Shown: positions 11,515-24,680, counted from the first letter of the stretch. The stretch: 64,000 bases of DNA from Camelus ferus (GCF_009834535.1 NC_045698.1:10790001-10854000), one strand, 5' to 3'. Notes: a model not told the origin generated them from the sequence alone. Numbers and translations: made by a program.

Positions 11515-12625
11515 GGAAATTTTTCTTTTTGTTATTTTTAATGCTTTACCCTAAAATATAAAAGTGTTTCCAGCTCTTGCATTCTGCAATTCCTAATAAT
11601 AGGAAATGAACTGACAATTTGTATACAGGCCTCATAATAACAGGAAACTGATTAAATACATGGTAGATTGCATGGTATCTATTTTTGCAACATGAAACCA
11701 TTTCAGGTTTCATGTTAAACCTTCAGAATCAGCTCATCTTTGCCCCATTTCTATTTCCTCATTGCTCCTGCGCTCATATATGTTTGTGGAACATTGTGTG
11801 TATTTTAGCAGCAACAAGGATTAAAATAGTTCAGGCTCCAAAAACAAAACTGAAATGATGTTTTCCAGGGTGCAGAACGGCTACCTAGCTTGACAAAAGC
11901 GAGCGCAATGGGCTTTTTTGTGGTGGGCGTCGGGCCAGGCTTGTTCTGCTACTTCTTCCTACTTTATGATCTTGTTAAGATTGACCTCTACTTAGCATGT
12001 GGTATTTTTTCAACTAAAATAAAATTCATAATTGGGCTCATTTTCATGAGTGACTATAAAAGTTTTACTTTCAACCCTACCCGTTAACAGGGAAACAACC
12101 CTGCCTTCTCTACACTTGGAACAAACAAAATAAAAACAACAAACAGAATAACTACTGGAAATATTGGACTAACTGAAAAAAAAGGTATTGAGTTTAGTCT
12201 TAAATGGTGTGAAAGTCTCAAACAGTCCACAAATATAGTGCTTAATTTAATTTAAATATGCTGTGTTTCTCTAAAACCCGTCTCCCTCTTCCTCGCCCCC
12301 TCTACCACCTCTCTGGGAGGTCTTTTATAATGAGAACTTTCTGTGGCAGAATTGTCATTGCATTCGTTTCAGGCATGGGTTATTTCTGGGACAATGGCAG
12401 ATTAATTGACAGGAGGCTGGGCGAGTCTTTATTATTTAGTTTTGTTATCCTTAAATACTTACTGGGTAATTTTTTGATTAAATTTGTCTATCGGATACAG
12501 TAGATTTGATCAACATTGTGCAAGGGTACAGTAATGCAATCTTTCTTATAGTACTGTATTTGATTTGAATGGATTATTTAATCAATAACGATCAGTTCGG
12601 TCCTCAGAGATCCACAGGCAATTCC

Positions 12626-12630
<5 letters not shown>

Positions 12631-12672
<42 letters not shown>

Positions 12673-12690
12673 AAAGAGAAGAGAGAAGGG
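12631..12690. repeat. (TG)n-(AG)n compound microsatellite
   Basis: Directly visible. Confidence 0.95.
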
Positions 12691-12699
12691 TTGGGGAGA

Positions 12700-12835
12700 G
12701 AGGCAGTTTAGACCCTTGGATCCAGTTATATCTAAAACCATACATGCCTCCAAGCTTTTTAATTTCAGCAGCCGTTGCATTCCTTTTTTATCTGAACCAG
12801 TTTGAATTGGGTTTCTGTCATATGTTACTACCATG
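12700..12835 (+). mobile_element. Old MLT1 (K/L-like) LTR 3' end
   Basis: cccttggatccag...ccagtttgaattgggtttctgtca. Confidence 0.6.
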
Positions 12836-14148
12836 AGAAAAGAAATGAATAGAAGTTTTTAAAAACAATTGCATTTAGAGGGCTGAAGACAAATAAGAGT
12901 GTAGGTAATAAAAGCCTGCGGAGGCAGGAAATCCAAGGCGGGGGAGGAGACTAACAAAAAGCAGGAGAAGGTAACAGTGTCCTGTCGTCACACATCAGGG
13001 AGCAAGGGCTCTGCCCAGAAGCTTGACTTGGGGTCCAGGAAAAACTCTGAGGGAGCGTTCTTGGCAGCAGAGGGGTGGAGAGGAAGGTGCGTGGCCAGGA
13101 GCTGGGGAAAGAGTGGGCGGTTTCCTTTTTCCATAAAAGGGACTTCTAGTCACTTGGGCTGGAAACCTTGGAATCAAATCTTCCACTTCCCTTGCCGCAG
13201 CCCACACATCCAAACAGTCATCTCCTTCTGTAAATCTCCCTCCCCAGTGACTTTCAGACTCCTGCCTTCCTTCCTATTCCCACTGCCAACGGCTTGGTTC
13301 AGGTGCCCAGTATACTTTCCGGGAACCTGTAAGGACCTCTGCGCAGCTCCCGTGCCCACGGGTGTTCACCTCTGTCATCTGTGTTTTATTCTGCTGCCAG
13401 GTTATTTAGTCCTAAGTCTCGGTTCTGATTATAAAATAGCCACACAGGGTGAGGGGGCCTTGGACTAGAAACCCACAGCCAGCTCTGACTTGCTGAGGGA
13501 TCTTGGGAAAGATTTGTAGAAACCTCGCTAGGTCTGAGGATCTAATCTTTGAAGTGAGGGGTTGGACCAAGCTCTCTGACATTCATTGCCTCCCTACTGT
13601 CTGTCAAAAAAAAAAAAAAAAAAATCCTGGCCCTATTCTAACTCTTTCAGCCCTAACTCCTTTAACATACACACACCTTAGCCACAGTGAAATACTTTTT
13701 GTCCCTTGGTGCCTCCACCCCTCAGCTTGTATCTTCCTACCTCTGTTCATTCCTACCTCTGTTCATTTCACCTGCAATCCTTTGTCTGTTCATAGGGCAT
13801 CCTATCCAGCCTCTGAGCCCAAGTTCAAACGCTGTCTATGGACGTTCCTGGACTCCCAGCTGAGAGCCATCTTACCCCATCTTCTCTGCAGGATGCTTTG
13901 CTATGTCCTATTGTCATCTGAGCATGCACCTTGCTTCCCACCAAGTTATTCACAACTTGAGGATCGAAACATGGCAGTATTCATCCTTGTAGCCATCAAG
14001 GCATCCAGCACAGTAGTTAGTTCTCAGTAAATGTGAAATCACATCCTTTATTCTTGTGTGGCCAACTCAGGCATCTTGCAGAGCTCCCCCAGATCACTCT
14101 GATGTGTAGGTCTGCTGAATAGGGTTAGGTAATAATAATAGAAGAGCC

Positions 14149-14615
14149 TTTGCCATTTGTAGCAATGTGAATGGACCTGGAATTGTCATTCTAAGTGAGG
14201 TAAGCCAGAAAGAGAAAGAAAAATACCATATGATATCACTCATATGTGGAATCTTAAAAAAAGAAAAGGACACAAATGAACTTATTTACAAGACAGAGAC
14301 AGACTCACAGACATAGAAAACAAACTTATGGTTACCGTGGTAAACAGGGGATGGGGAGGGATAAGTTGGGAGTTTGGGATTTGCAGATACATACTACTGT
14401 ATATAAAATAGATAAACAACAAAGTCCTACTGTGTAGCACAGGGAACTATATTCAATACCTTGTAATAATCTATAATGAAAAATAATATGAAAAGGAATA
14501 TATATATGTACAACTGAATCACTATGCTATACACCACAAATTAACACAATGGAAATCAACACAACATTGTAAATCAACTATACTTCAATTTTAAAAAATT
14601 AAAAAAGAAGAAGAA
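14149..14615 (+). mobile_element. 5'-truncated L1 (ORF2 end + 3' UTR)
   Basis: gccatttgtagcaatgtgaatggacctgg...aaatcaactatacttcaa + A-rich tail. Confidence 0.93.
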
Positions 14616-14935
14616 ATTGTGGGTGCCCTCTAGGAACCACAGCCATCCTCCAGAAGCGGAAGGTGGCCTCCAACTAACAGTGGGCATGAAGCTGGGGCCC
14701 TTAGTCCTACTTCTGCAAGGAAATCAATTCTGTCCATGACCTGAGAGAACCTGGAAATGGATTTTTTTCCTCCAGTCCAACCTCCAGATGAGATGTAGCT
14801 TCGCTGATCCTTTGAGGAGAAGGAGAAGGAGAAGGAGGAAAAGGAGTAGACCTTGGGCAGAGGATCCAGCTAACTCACTTCTGGATTCCTAGTCCATAGA
14901 AACAGAAGTTAAAAATACATATTTAAGCTACTAAA
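14616..14935 (+). mobile_element. Partial MLT1D/E-type LTR
   Basis: ggggcccttagtcctacttctgcaaggaaatcaattctg...ccagatgag...atttaagctactaa. Confidence 0.75.
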
Positions 14936-16384
14936 AATGGGAGGGCCTTTGAACTTCTTGGTAAGTCTCACTTGGAGCAAGCACTGATCTCATTCCAACC
15001 CACGCCAGGTAGGGGTCAGCAATGTGGAGTGTTGGCTGAAAGTTTCATTGAGAATCCTATAGCTTCACATTGAGGCCAGTCTCGCCAACACTCTCCTTGT
15101 TGTTTGCAAGATAAGGATGAGCGTGTTCTGGGCAGAAAAGAGTGGTCTCTGTGTGGTACAGCTCCTGATGGTGGAGTGAAAGGTGGAAAGGCTAGTCTGG
15201 AAGGATAAAGAAGAAATAAAGGGAAGGAAGAAAATCCCAGGGGAAAATAACGAACAGTGTAGACCGAGACCATGACAATGGTCCCAACATCCTTTTTATA
15301 GCAAGATTACCATCTCCAGATCTGTCAACTTGTTGACATGTTGTGGCGAGACTGAGGCTTGGCCAAGCCAGTGCCCATGCCAGTAGCTAGAATTATGTGG
15401 CTCTCTCGGACCTTACACGATGAACTTTGAGACCTTCCTCCGGAATGCCGGCTTTCCTCCAGGGCTGAGGGGAAACGGGCAGCTGTACTTGGGTGAACCT
15501 TTGCTCCCTCCTTATTGGCTTCCTCTCTCCACCCACAGCAACTGAAATCATTAAAATCCTGTATAATTAAAATTTCATCCAAGTTACACCAGTTATGTCT
15601 GCTGGCCGCAGTGAAGTGTATAAATATCTTAGAAAGACATAAAGACAGAGGCTGCTTCCTGCCCGCGGTTTCCCCTCACACAGGATCCTGTCTGCTACCC
15701 TGTCTGCTATGGACAGCCCAATGAAGCCTGAGCTCCCTGCTCCCACCAGCCTGCTCTCACAGGACCTCGGTTCCACAGGTTATTTACAGGGATAGGGTCT
15801 AAAGGCCCCAAGTTGTCAGATTTGGGAGTTTGCTCTTTCGGATCTCCCTCTTAATCTCTTTCCCTCCCCTCTTCTCTCTCTCCATTGAGATTGTGATCTC
15901 TTGCTTTTGCATATATTTACATTAAAATGGCTAAATAAATGCCTCATCCACTCATTTAACTAGAAAACTGGAGTTTATCTCCTTGCCTCCCCATCCTCTA
16001 CGCCAACATCAGATTAATTTGTCTGAAACAAATTTGCATTGTTATTTCGTGGCTCAAAACCTCACAGTGGTTTTGCATTACCGACAGGATGATGTTGGAA
16101 GTCTATGTAAGTTCATTCACTGAATGATGAATTCTGAGCATGTATCTCATGCCAGGCACTGTCAGGGCTCTCTTGTCATAGATTCTCCAGCAGCTGCAGG
16201 AGGCAGTGAAAAGATGATCCTGCAGCTCAGTCACTAGCATGGGGTCCTGGAGACCTGGTGTTGTGGGCAGTGTGTGCATCTCTGAGTCACGGAATACCTT
16301 ACCTAGTGTGGGTATCATTGAATTGATGATGGCTTTGCTGTCACGTCACATCCACTGAGATGCTTGTGGCAGGTCTGGGATCAG

Positions 16385-16820
16385 CATGTGTCTTGATTTG
16401 AGTTCCCACATAATTGACTTTGAGACAGGGATTTGAGTGCAAGCAGCTTATCTGGGAGATGGTCCCAGGCAAGTGAGACAAGAAGGGGAGAAGCCCCCAA
16501 AGATGGCATCATCAAGTCAGTAACTTTAGGCAAGTGGAGCTCAACTCCCCTTGGGAAATCCTGGAGGCAGTGCAGAGCAGACCTCAGACTCATCCCAGTC
16601 GAGGCTTGGGAAGCCGGGCATCATCCGACATGAGTCCCCAGAGGTCTCTGTGGAGAGCGGTTCTGGGGTCCTGAACGCGATTTTATGTCTTGCTCACCTG
16701 CACGTGCCTGGGGTTGCTGGCGTTGCTCTAAACAGCCCTCCGCATGGAGAGGCGAGGGTTGTGGGTTATAGCAGGGGATTGATGGATTCACTACAGCCCG
16801 TAAGACCCCTGGTTCCTGCC
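16385..16820 (-). mobile_element. ERVL-class LTR (LTR16/33-like)
   Basis: tttgagacagggatttgagtgcaagcagcttatctgggagatggtcccagg resembles antisense ERVL LTR 3' end. Confidence 0.65.
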
Positions 16821-16836
16821 TGAAGAGCGCCTTGTG

Positions 16837-17445
16837 TGGTTCATTCTCATTATTTGCGGTGATGTTCTATAAAGTCACCATGGACACCAAAGGATCCAAT
16901 ACTGAGCCATTACTCATAGAGGAGACAGATAGGTAGCTACGAGCTGTCAGTCAGCAGACCAACACATAACCCCATTTTATGTGTTTCTGTTTAAAGACAG
17001 CTTATTTCTATACACTGTGCATGACTGCTGGGCTCAAGGCCAACAGCACTTTGATTCGTGCTGATGAATCTTGTCGAGCACGTCTTCCTCGTTAAGGCTC
17101 ATTGCAGCCTTCTTGATCTGGGACACTGGACGCTAGACAGCACTCTGCTTGGGGACCATTTTAAACAATGAAATCACCAACGATAAGTAGAAAAATGACA
17201 CTAAATAGACGGTGAAAAGGACACCTATTTACAGTGCGAGAGCTGAAACAGGAAGGCAGAGCGCAACCTTCTTCGACATCACCCGGAACGTGGACATCAT
17301 GGAAATCAGGTTTTTTGCTGTTCTGTACGTGTCTGTGGGTGATCGCGAAAGTGCCTCGAGTTGCACTGATTGCAGGCTGACAAATAAAATTTTTTAAGTA
17401 GACGAATTCGCAAAAGCAGAATCAGTGAATAATGAGGACAAACTG
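16837..17445. mobile_element. Tigger-derived MITE (MER82-like)
   Basis: Imperfect TIRs ctcattatttgcgg / cagtgaataatgag...ctg followed by TA; interior matches recalled MER82 consensus. Confidence 0.8.
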
Positions 17446-18364
17446 TATTTCACTGTAGGATAAATATGGTAAACACCTACCATAAGGCTTAGTGGGGTTT
17501 AGTAAATTGCATCCCATAAAATGTGGCCTGGTATTTTTGTGAGACTAAAGAGGGTGACTAGAGTAGGCCTGTGCAACTAGTCGGAAGCCTGTTAAACAGT
17601 TATCAGTTATCATTTAAAAACACCCAGGAGCTTATGCTCCTTAATAAAGAATACTTTTGGATCGGAACAATTTGTCTCTGGCTAATTTGGATTTTCTTGG
17701 GGACACCAGTATCTTTCTTTGTACTGACACAGAGAAGTCAGTAGCTGAATTAGATGAATAGGCATAGAATTATTGAACTAAGCATGTTTCAGGTCACCTT
17801 CCATGCGTGTTGTACATGAAAGAAGGGTTTTAGAAATATGAACTTGTTTGTAAAATAAGAAAGGGAAGCAAGAGGTATTAATTTGTAGAAGTAAGAGAAG
17901 AAATAAGAAAATTTATGTCTGTAGGACTATATTATACATAAATTTTTATAAATGTTATATAAAATATATACTAGACAAGTATATTTTAAATGCAAGCTAA
18001 AATAATTAGGACTGATGCAGTATTTGCTGGAAGCAATGGAAAGTATTGGGCAAAAGGAACTAGATTTTGTGGCTGATCTTGGCCGTTACTGAATGGCATA
18101 TAGTAGGGTAAAGTTGGATAAAAAATTAGAGAAATGAAAGTGCTCAAAATGTGTCCATTTTCTTTGGAAGGATTTTAGTTGTTTTTGTCTACCATCTCTC
18201 TGGGTTTAATTATAGTAAGTGCTTGGTTATGGCATGGGAGAAAAATGAAGAATTATTTCTGGATGGATTTTGAGGATAACATGATGATGCGTGGTAATAA
18301 ACATCACCTGTGAGTTTCTGTTCATTGCATCCCACTAAGGTACAGTCTTTTACAGTGTTTCAAA

Positions 18365-19330
18365 ATGAATGCTTGCATTCACTCATTCACTCACTCATTC
18401 ATCGGTCTATACTGAATCTTCACTCGCTGGACAGCCTTCTGGGTGTTGGAGATACAGCAGTGAACTAAACCTAACTACTTCCCTCATGGAACTTACTCAG
18501 TAGTGGGGAGAGATGGACACTGAATAAATGCATATGCAAAGCAGAATTTCAGATGCTGGTAAGAGCAAGGGAGAAACACGGAGCAGGGAAGGGAGATGGG
18601 GCTCCTTTTGTGTGCTACTTCAAGTATTTGTGATCCTCCCTTTGACTCCAGATGCTCCTGCCAAGACCAGTCCCAGCAGACTTTGGCCAGCTCTGTGCGG
18701 CTCTGGGGTTTCCATACGCTGAGCCTGGGACACTCCATGGAAACCAGCTCTATATTCAGACATGCATAACCCCAAAGCGCAGGCAGGAGGGGGTCAATCA
18801 ATGCTTCTCGTTTTTGTCCCCTGGAGCTTTAGTTCTGATATATATTTCCTACGCTTTCCTCAAAGGCACCGAGAAGGATCAGTCATCTCAGCGAGACAGC
18901 AGCTGGGTTGCACATCCTTGATGGCCCTTCCCTCCTTGCCTGTTTCACTCACCTGCTCCTGCCCTTCTGCTCCCTGGGATTGAATTCTCAAATAACTCCC
19001 TGCATGTAAGCCTTTGTTCAGACTCTGCTTTGGGGGATCCCATGGTAGATGGAGAATGCAGAGGTTGGAATGGTGTTGTAAGTATAAATGGGGTTTCCAG
19101 GAAAGGCATCGCTAAGAAGGCATTTTTGAGAAAAGACCTGAAGAAGGGAGGTAGGAATCATGCAGGTAACTGGGGGGACAGCATTCCAGATTCTGGGGAT
19201 GACAGCAAGGACAGGGATGGGCAAGAGAGAGTGAGGAGTAAAAGGAGATGCAGCCAGAGGGATGACGGAGACCCAGATTCCATCCCATGGCACCATTGTT
19301 AGGATCTGGGTTTCAACCCAAGTGAGATAA
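18365..19330 (-). mobile_element. L2 3' region interrupted by an LTR at ~18600-19045
   Basis: (cattca)n tail, tgttggagatacagcagtgaac; resumes with agacctgaagaaggg...cagcattccag. Confidence 0.7.
18600..19045 (+). mobile_element. ERVL-class LTR (LTR16-like)
   Basis: 3' end caaataactccctgcatgtaagcctttgttcagactctgctttgggggatcc. Confidence 0.6.
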
Positions 19331-20199
19331 CCAATTTATTCTCAGAAATTCTGCCTGCTTTGCCCCTTTTATATTTTATTTTTAATTTTATGTTTGTTTG
19401 ATACACTTGGATCCTCATTTTCTGGGCAGGTATGTTGAATCTTTTAAAAGTGAGCTTCACTTGGTGAGAGCTGCATATTCCTATTCTCAGCTTTCTTGGG
19501 TTGCTACCGAAGTGGTGACTTCTTTGAGGACAGCGCTGCAGGTGTTATTGTACTGGATCCATGCATGTTGAACCTAGAGTGTCATTCCTAACTCCATCTA
19601 GTGAGCAGATACTTACTGAGTGCTGCTCTGTGCATGACCCTGTGAGACAGCAGGAAGATGTTTAAGACTCTAAGGAGCTGAGAATGTGATAATGCCTGAT
19701 GGCATCTGAATCAGCCGGATCGCGATCCTGAAAGTCTGCTAATTAAATATGCCACGTTCATTTTTTCCCCTTGTACATCATTTCCTTTAATTTTGCTTCT
19801 TTCCCCCTCCCCCCTTTTGCTTTTACGGAAGAACTTCTGTACATCAAACCATATCCCTACTTATTTCAAATGTCATAAATCCTATTGCTGTTTTCAACTG
19901 TCTTACATTTCTTCTCTAATTTATCCCTACTGACTAGAGATGTAATTCTTGGGACTATTTTGACAGAGAGAGAGAGAAAGAGGAGAACTAACTATAGAGT
20001 GGGAATTCTTCTTCAGTGGAGAGAAATGAGTAACTGGCCATGACTGAAGAATTTGGAAATTAAAGGAATAATGTAGATTTACGCTCAGCTAACTCTTCCA
20101 CTTCCTATGCTCATTCGATGTGTCAGGGGTGAGAGGAGTTCTCTAAGCGGTGGACATGTCCCATGAATGTCTTCTTCTTGCTCCAAAGAGAGCCTCCCT

Positions 20200-20470
20200 T
20201 GTCGCTTTAGACGTTCTCTGGCCTCACCCTGTCTCGGCGTTGGCTCTCTGGTCTGTACTGTTTAGTATCGCACCCTTTATTGTGCAGAGATCCTTTGTGT
20301 TGTGTCGTGTGATTTTCGTTCTCACGGGCTTCTCTTCCTTCTTGAACCGTCTCGGTCGCGGGATCCTCCCTCTCCTCCCCTGGAACCTGGGGATCGGCAG
20401 CAGGTCACACATCTGAGCATGCGCAGGATTTCCCGTCTCCCGGAAGTTCCTCATTATTAACGCGAATCAC
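20200..20470. promoter_or_regulatory. Small CpG-rich promoter-like element with NRF1-like and ETS motifs
   Basis: About 18 CpG in ~270 bp (hand count); gcatgcgca at 20417-20425; ccggaagt at 20440-20447. Confidence 0.5.
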
Positions 20471-20821
20471 ATGCATAGTAGCATGTGCCTTGTCACTTCC
20501 TTTACTTTCTGAGAAGTGAAATGGTAAGGAAGGCAAGTTAAATGCAGACATTTATCAGATGACCTCCTTTCAGATGGAAATTTCCAATATTTCTAGATAA
20601 CTGAACTCTTTCCTTCCATAACTTGCCAGTGTGCCAATTTAATGATCAGTTTCAAGATTAACTAATTTCTTCAGCATACTTCTATTACTGTGCCTCCTTT
20701 GGTCCTCCCTGTCTATACTATACACACCTATATGTGTATGTACATGTGTACATACCTTTTACCATTACCTAGATTTCACTACTAAAATTTTATTCTTGTA
20801 TTGACCGATTTCCCCAAAGAC

Positions 20822-20957
20822 TAGAGTGACTATATGTCCCAGTTTACCTGAAACAGTGCTGGTTTATCTGTTGTTCCTCTGGTAACTAATAATTAATACC
20901 TCCCCTTTTGTTTTCAAAACTGTGCTAATTTGGACTCTAAATTATGGGATTACCCTA
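20822..20957 (-). mobile_element. hAT-Blackjack MITE (MER94-like)
   Basis: Termini tagagtgactat / ggattacccta, ~135 bp, interior matches recalled MER94. Confidence 0.75.
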
Positions 20958-21699
20958 TCAAAGTTGTTTTTTCTTCCCCTCACATCCTGCATGCTCTCTC
21001 AAAGTCTGAATCCTAAGTTGGAAATAACGTAACTTAACAACATCTGTGCCCCCTGGACCTTTAATTTCCTGCCCCACACTTCCAGCCTGTGGGGATTTTC
21101 CCTGTCACATGCTCCTGGCAATGTCAAGTCCACATGTGGCTGGACTGTGCCATCCACCCGATGGGTTTTTTTTTTTTCTTCCTGGGTCTTTGACCCCTTC
21201 GTTTCAATGTGCTGCTTCCTCTGACTCTTCCCTGTAGGATGTGTTGTTTTGGCCGACCCTCATCAGGTCATGGTTGATGGTCTGTGGGAGGATGGGCTAT
21301 ACCTTTGGTACAGGTGAACTGGTTCTGAGTCCCTTCTCTTCCTGGTCCTCTTCTTTTTCACCAGCCCGTATCCTGAGAATCTTTGATATCTGGAATTGTT
21401 AGTTTCTTCCTGGAACACTTTGCTGTGTGTAACCAGCAGGCATGCAGAAAAGAGTTGGCTCCAACTTTTCCACCTGTTCTTCAGACAGAGAGGCCAGCTT
21501 GGCAAAATAGTGGCCTCCAGTAGAGAAAAAGAAACCTAGCAAGTTTCCGCAGGCCATAGAAACAATCCTCGCTGCTTCTCTACTTTTTGGAAAACAAGGT
21601 ATGTTGAGTGTCAAACCCTTTGCGTCTCTCTTAACACCACCCGGAGCGAGCTCCTCTCTACCTGCTCCAGGTGGAGGAAGGCTGGTCATCTCAGCGGTC

Positions 21700-21930
21700 A
21701 GTCATAACCTTGGAGTCAGACAGCTTTGGGTTTCATTCTTTACTCTGTGGCCTCAGGCAAGTTACTGTATTTCTAAGTTTCCTTGTTTGTAAAATGAGAA
21801 TATCAATTCCTATCTTGTTGGCTTTAGGGGAGAGTTAGATGAGATCATGTATACAGTATGCTGAGAATTGTGCCTGGCAATGAGTGTAAACCTAGTATAT
21901 AGTTGTTTTTCTTACAATAATGACTGTTAA
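21700..21930 (+). mobile_element. MIR SINE
   Basis: ttggagtcagacag...ctgtggcctcaggcaagttac...tgtaaaatgaga. Confidence 0.8.
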
Positions 21931-24661
21931 TTTTAGTATCAGAGTTATAGTGAACCATCAGTTCATCAGATTCTATCTTATGAAGTTGACAGCAACAACT
22001 AACACAATGACAAGAACTACTGAGTGAGGTTCTAAAGCAACCTCGCTCTGTTCTCTTGGGTGGCTATTGGTGGCTGACAATACCAGAGTCAGCGGATCAT
22101 CCCGTAGACCATGTGATGGAACAAAAATGATCCTGTGAGTAATTAGGCAGCTTTGATTTTTGTTTTGCAGATTCTTCCCCCTTTTAACTCAACAAGGGAT
22201 AACGTCCACCATAGCTTTTCTTCTTGAAGAAGGACAGCATGGGGAGAATGAAGGGTGAAGAGAAACCAGCATTACAAGTAGCTCAAGTTTGTAGGCTGAC
22301 CCACTGGGGACTCCCAAGAAGGTCTGTTGGTTCGCCAAAGAGTGTGACCCCCAAGTGAAATTTGAGTGCTTCTGTTGAGTTACTTCTTTCCTTCTGGAGG
22401 CCAGGGGCAAATTCCTGATACTCCTCCCCTCTAGATTCTTAGTTCTTTGATTTTCTTCCCATTGTAAATTGTCTACCAGACACTATCTCAGTCCAGACCC
22501 ATAACCAGCTGAACCAACGCTTCCTAGAAGATGACTATGATGACTCTTTTCAGCTGGTAGAGTTAGAGGATCCTGTTTTTCCTCCATAGCCAATATTTCC
22601 CTTATCACGAAGACTTGTATTCAAATGGTATTATTTCTTTTTAGAGCCAAACGTATTTCTCATTTCATATTGTCAGATGATCTGATTACTTCTGAGCACC
22701 ATCCCTTGGCAGGGGAAAGAGCAGATAAACTGAAGCCCACTGTGCTTAAGTGACTCTCCAGGATCTCATGATGAGTCAGGAAACCAGACAGGAATAGAAG
22801 CCACGACTCTAGCCTCCCAAACTGTTTTTCTGACCACCAGACCACACTTCCTCTCCAGACTATGAAACACTGGAAAATGGGAGTCAGGCAGAGAGTAAAT
22901 ATGGAGGCAAACCCACAGAAACACAATTTTACTTGTACCCAAATCATGTCATTTAGCAAAGGAAAACAGAAAAACACCCCAGTCTCTTTGCTGTCATCAA
23001 AATTATAACCTAAACCCATAAGGGATATAGAATAGGAAATGAGTCTGCCCTAAATTGACATACTTTTTCCGTTTAAAATGAATTTGAAAAGATTGTCCAT
23101 CTTTCAGTCCTGATGTGTTTTTCCCTTATGCTAAAGGAGAACCTAAGCATTCAGAATAGGTTTTATTTAGGTTCAAGTGCATATAAATAAAATACCTGTA
23201 TTATTCTTATTCTTTACATGATCAAGACTTTAATTACTACTTATTGCGTGTTTAAGGCTTTGTGGGAGCAATAGGCTTATTAGACATAGTCACTGTCTAT
23301 AAACTTAATATTTAGTTGGACAGAGACCGTATATACCCATGAAGAACTGAAGGCAGTTGGTGATGAATACCAAATGAGCAGGAGTGATTGAGAAGCGGTG
23401 CCTGAAGTGCAAAGCTGGAATCACAAAGCAACATTTCATGAAGACTTGGGTTTGAGTCTCAACTGTATCACTCGTTAACTCTTGGACAAATCAGATTCTA
23501 TGCATCGACAAGAGGCGACAGCCATTGCCTGGCTGTCTTCCAACAGCGTTGGTGTGTAGACCAACATGAGACAATGCATGTAAAATGGGCTGTGAGCTGG
23601 AAGATTAAAATGTGGGAGGAATTCAGATCGTAGGCGTTGTCAGAATCAGGCCAGGGTTGCACAGGTAGGCCTTTCTCCTTTGTTTCTGGAGTCCTCAGTG
23701 ATACAGTTTTCAAGGGCTACATAGCCTGCCCAAATGGAAATTAAAACAAGAAATTAAAAGCAGGGTCCCTTTGAAATTGTTTTTGGCTATGAAAATAGAA
23801 AATAACATAATATTTCCCCTTTGGCAAATAGCTCCCTGCCGCATCCCTTTGGAATACGGGCGAGTGAGAGAGCAGAACACCTGCATGAAATCAGCTGACG
23901 ACGGTTGTGTAGAGAGAACTTTTCCATTTGGAGGAGGAAGACATGCAACTCAGAGGAGCCAGGTCCTCTGTCCCGTGGGACACAGAATGCCAAAGCCTTG
24001 CCCACCTGTGGTTCCCAGGAAGCAACAGCATTTCATCACCCAGACTATGTGGCAACCAACTGGAATCCTTGAATGACCCTTCCATGGAAACAAGCCTGAC
24101 ACTGTGTTCAGGGCTTCCATCTGTGGGTGAAACTGGGTATTGTTGAGATGGGAAACTTGAGAAAAGGCAGGAATTGACTTTTAAAATTAGGCAGAGAAAA
24201 TTGACCGTAATTATTGTTCAGTTAGAGCCCGTGAGGACATTTTAATTCCAGGAGGTCATGTGAGTTTTCTTAATCCAGGAACCAATTAATTGTAAAACTC
24301 TTGTCTAAGAGTCTTTATTAATCTCTGTATCAAGTCATTCTTTTACAGCAATAATTCATTACCTTTTACACTGAGCAAAAAATGTAGATTTCTGCTGTTG
24401 ACTGTGTGACCTCATTATGAAATCAAAAGACAGCTATTTAAAATTGTCTTCTATCTAAAATACAGCCATTAGAATACAATCCCTGTCTTTCTCTCGGGGT
24501 CATGCATGGCCTAATGTAAGTAACACTGTAGAGTCCCTGTGCCAGAAGTAGAATAATAGGCAACTTTTAGACCATAATGCTCTGGCGCCAGCCAGCCCTC
24601 AGGCGCATCATTTTTGATTGTGAAATTTATAGGAAAAGCTTTGTGGGTGGTTGTAATATAT

Positions 24662-24680
24662 TAGCACCACCTAGTGGTGA
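24662..24680 (-). promoter_or_regulatory. CTCF core motif
   Basis: Minus strand tcaCCACTAGGTGGTGCTA vs consensus CCASYAGRKGGCRSY, one mismatch. Confidence 0.55.

Noticed and set aside
12977..14030. 163-aa and 175-aa ORFs
   Set aside because: Non-ATG starts, overlap L2/MIR fragments and a poly(A) run, no recognisable domain
19517..19540. REST/RE1 site (ggacagcgct)
   Set aside because: Only the right half-site; no TTCAGCACC left half
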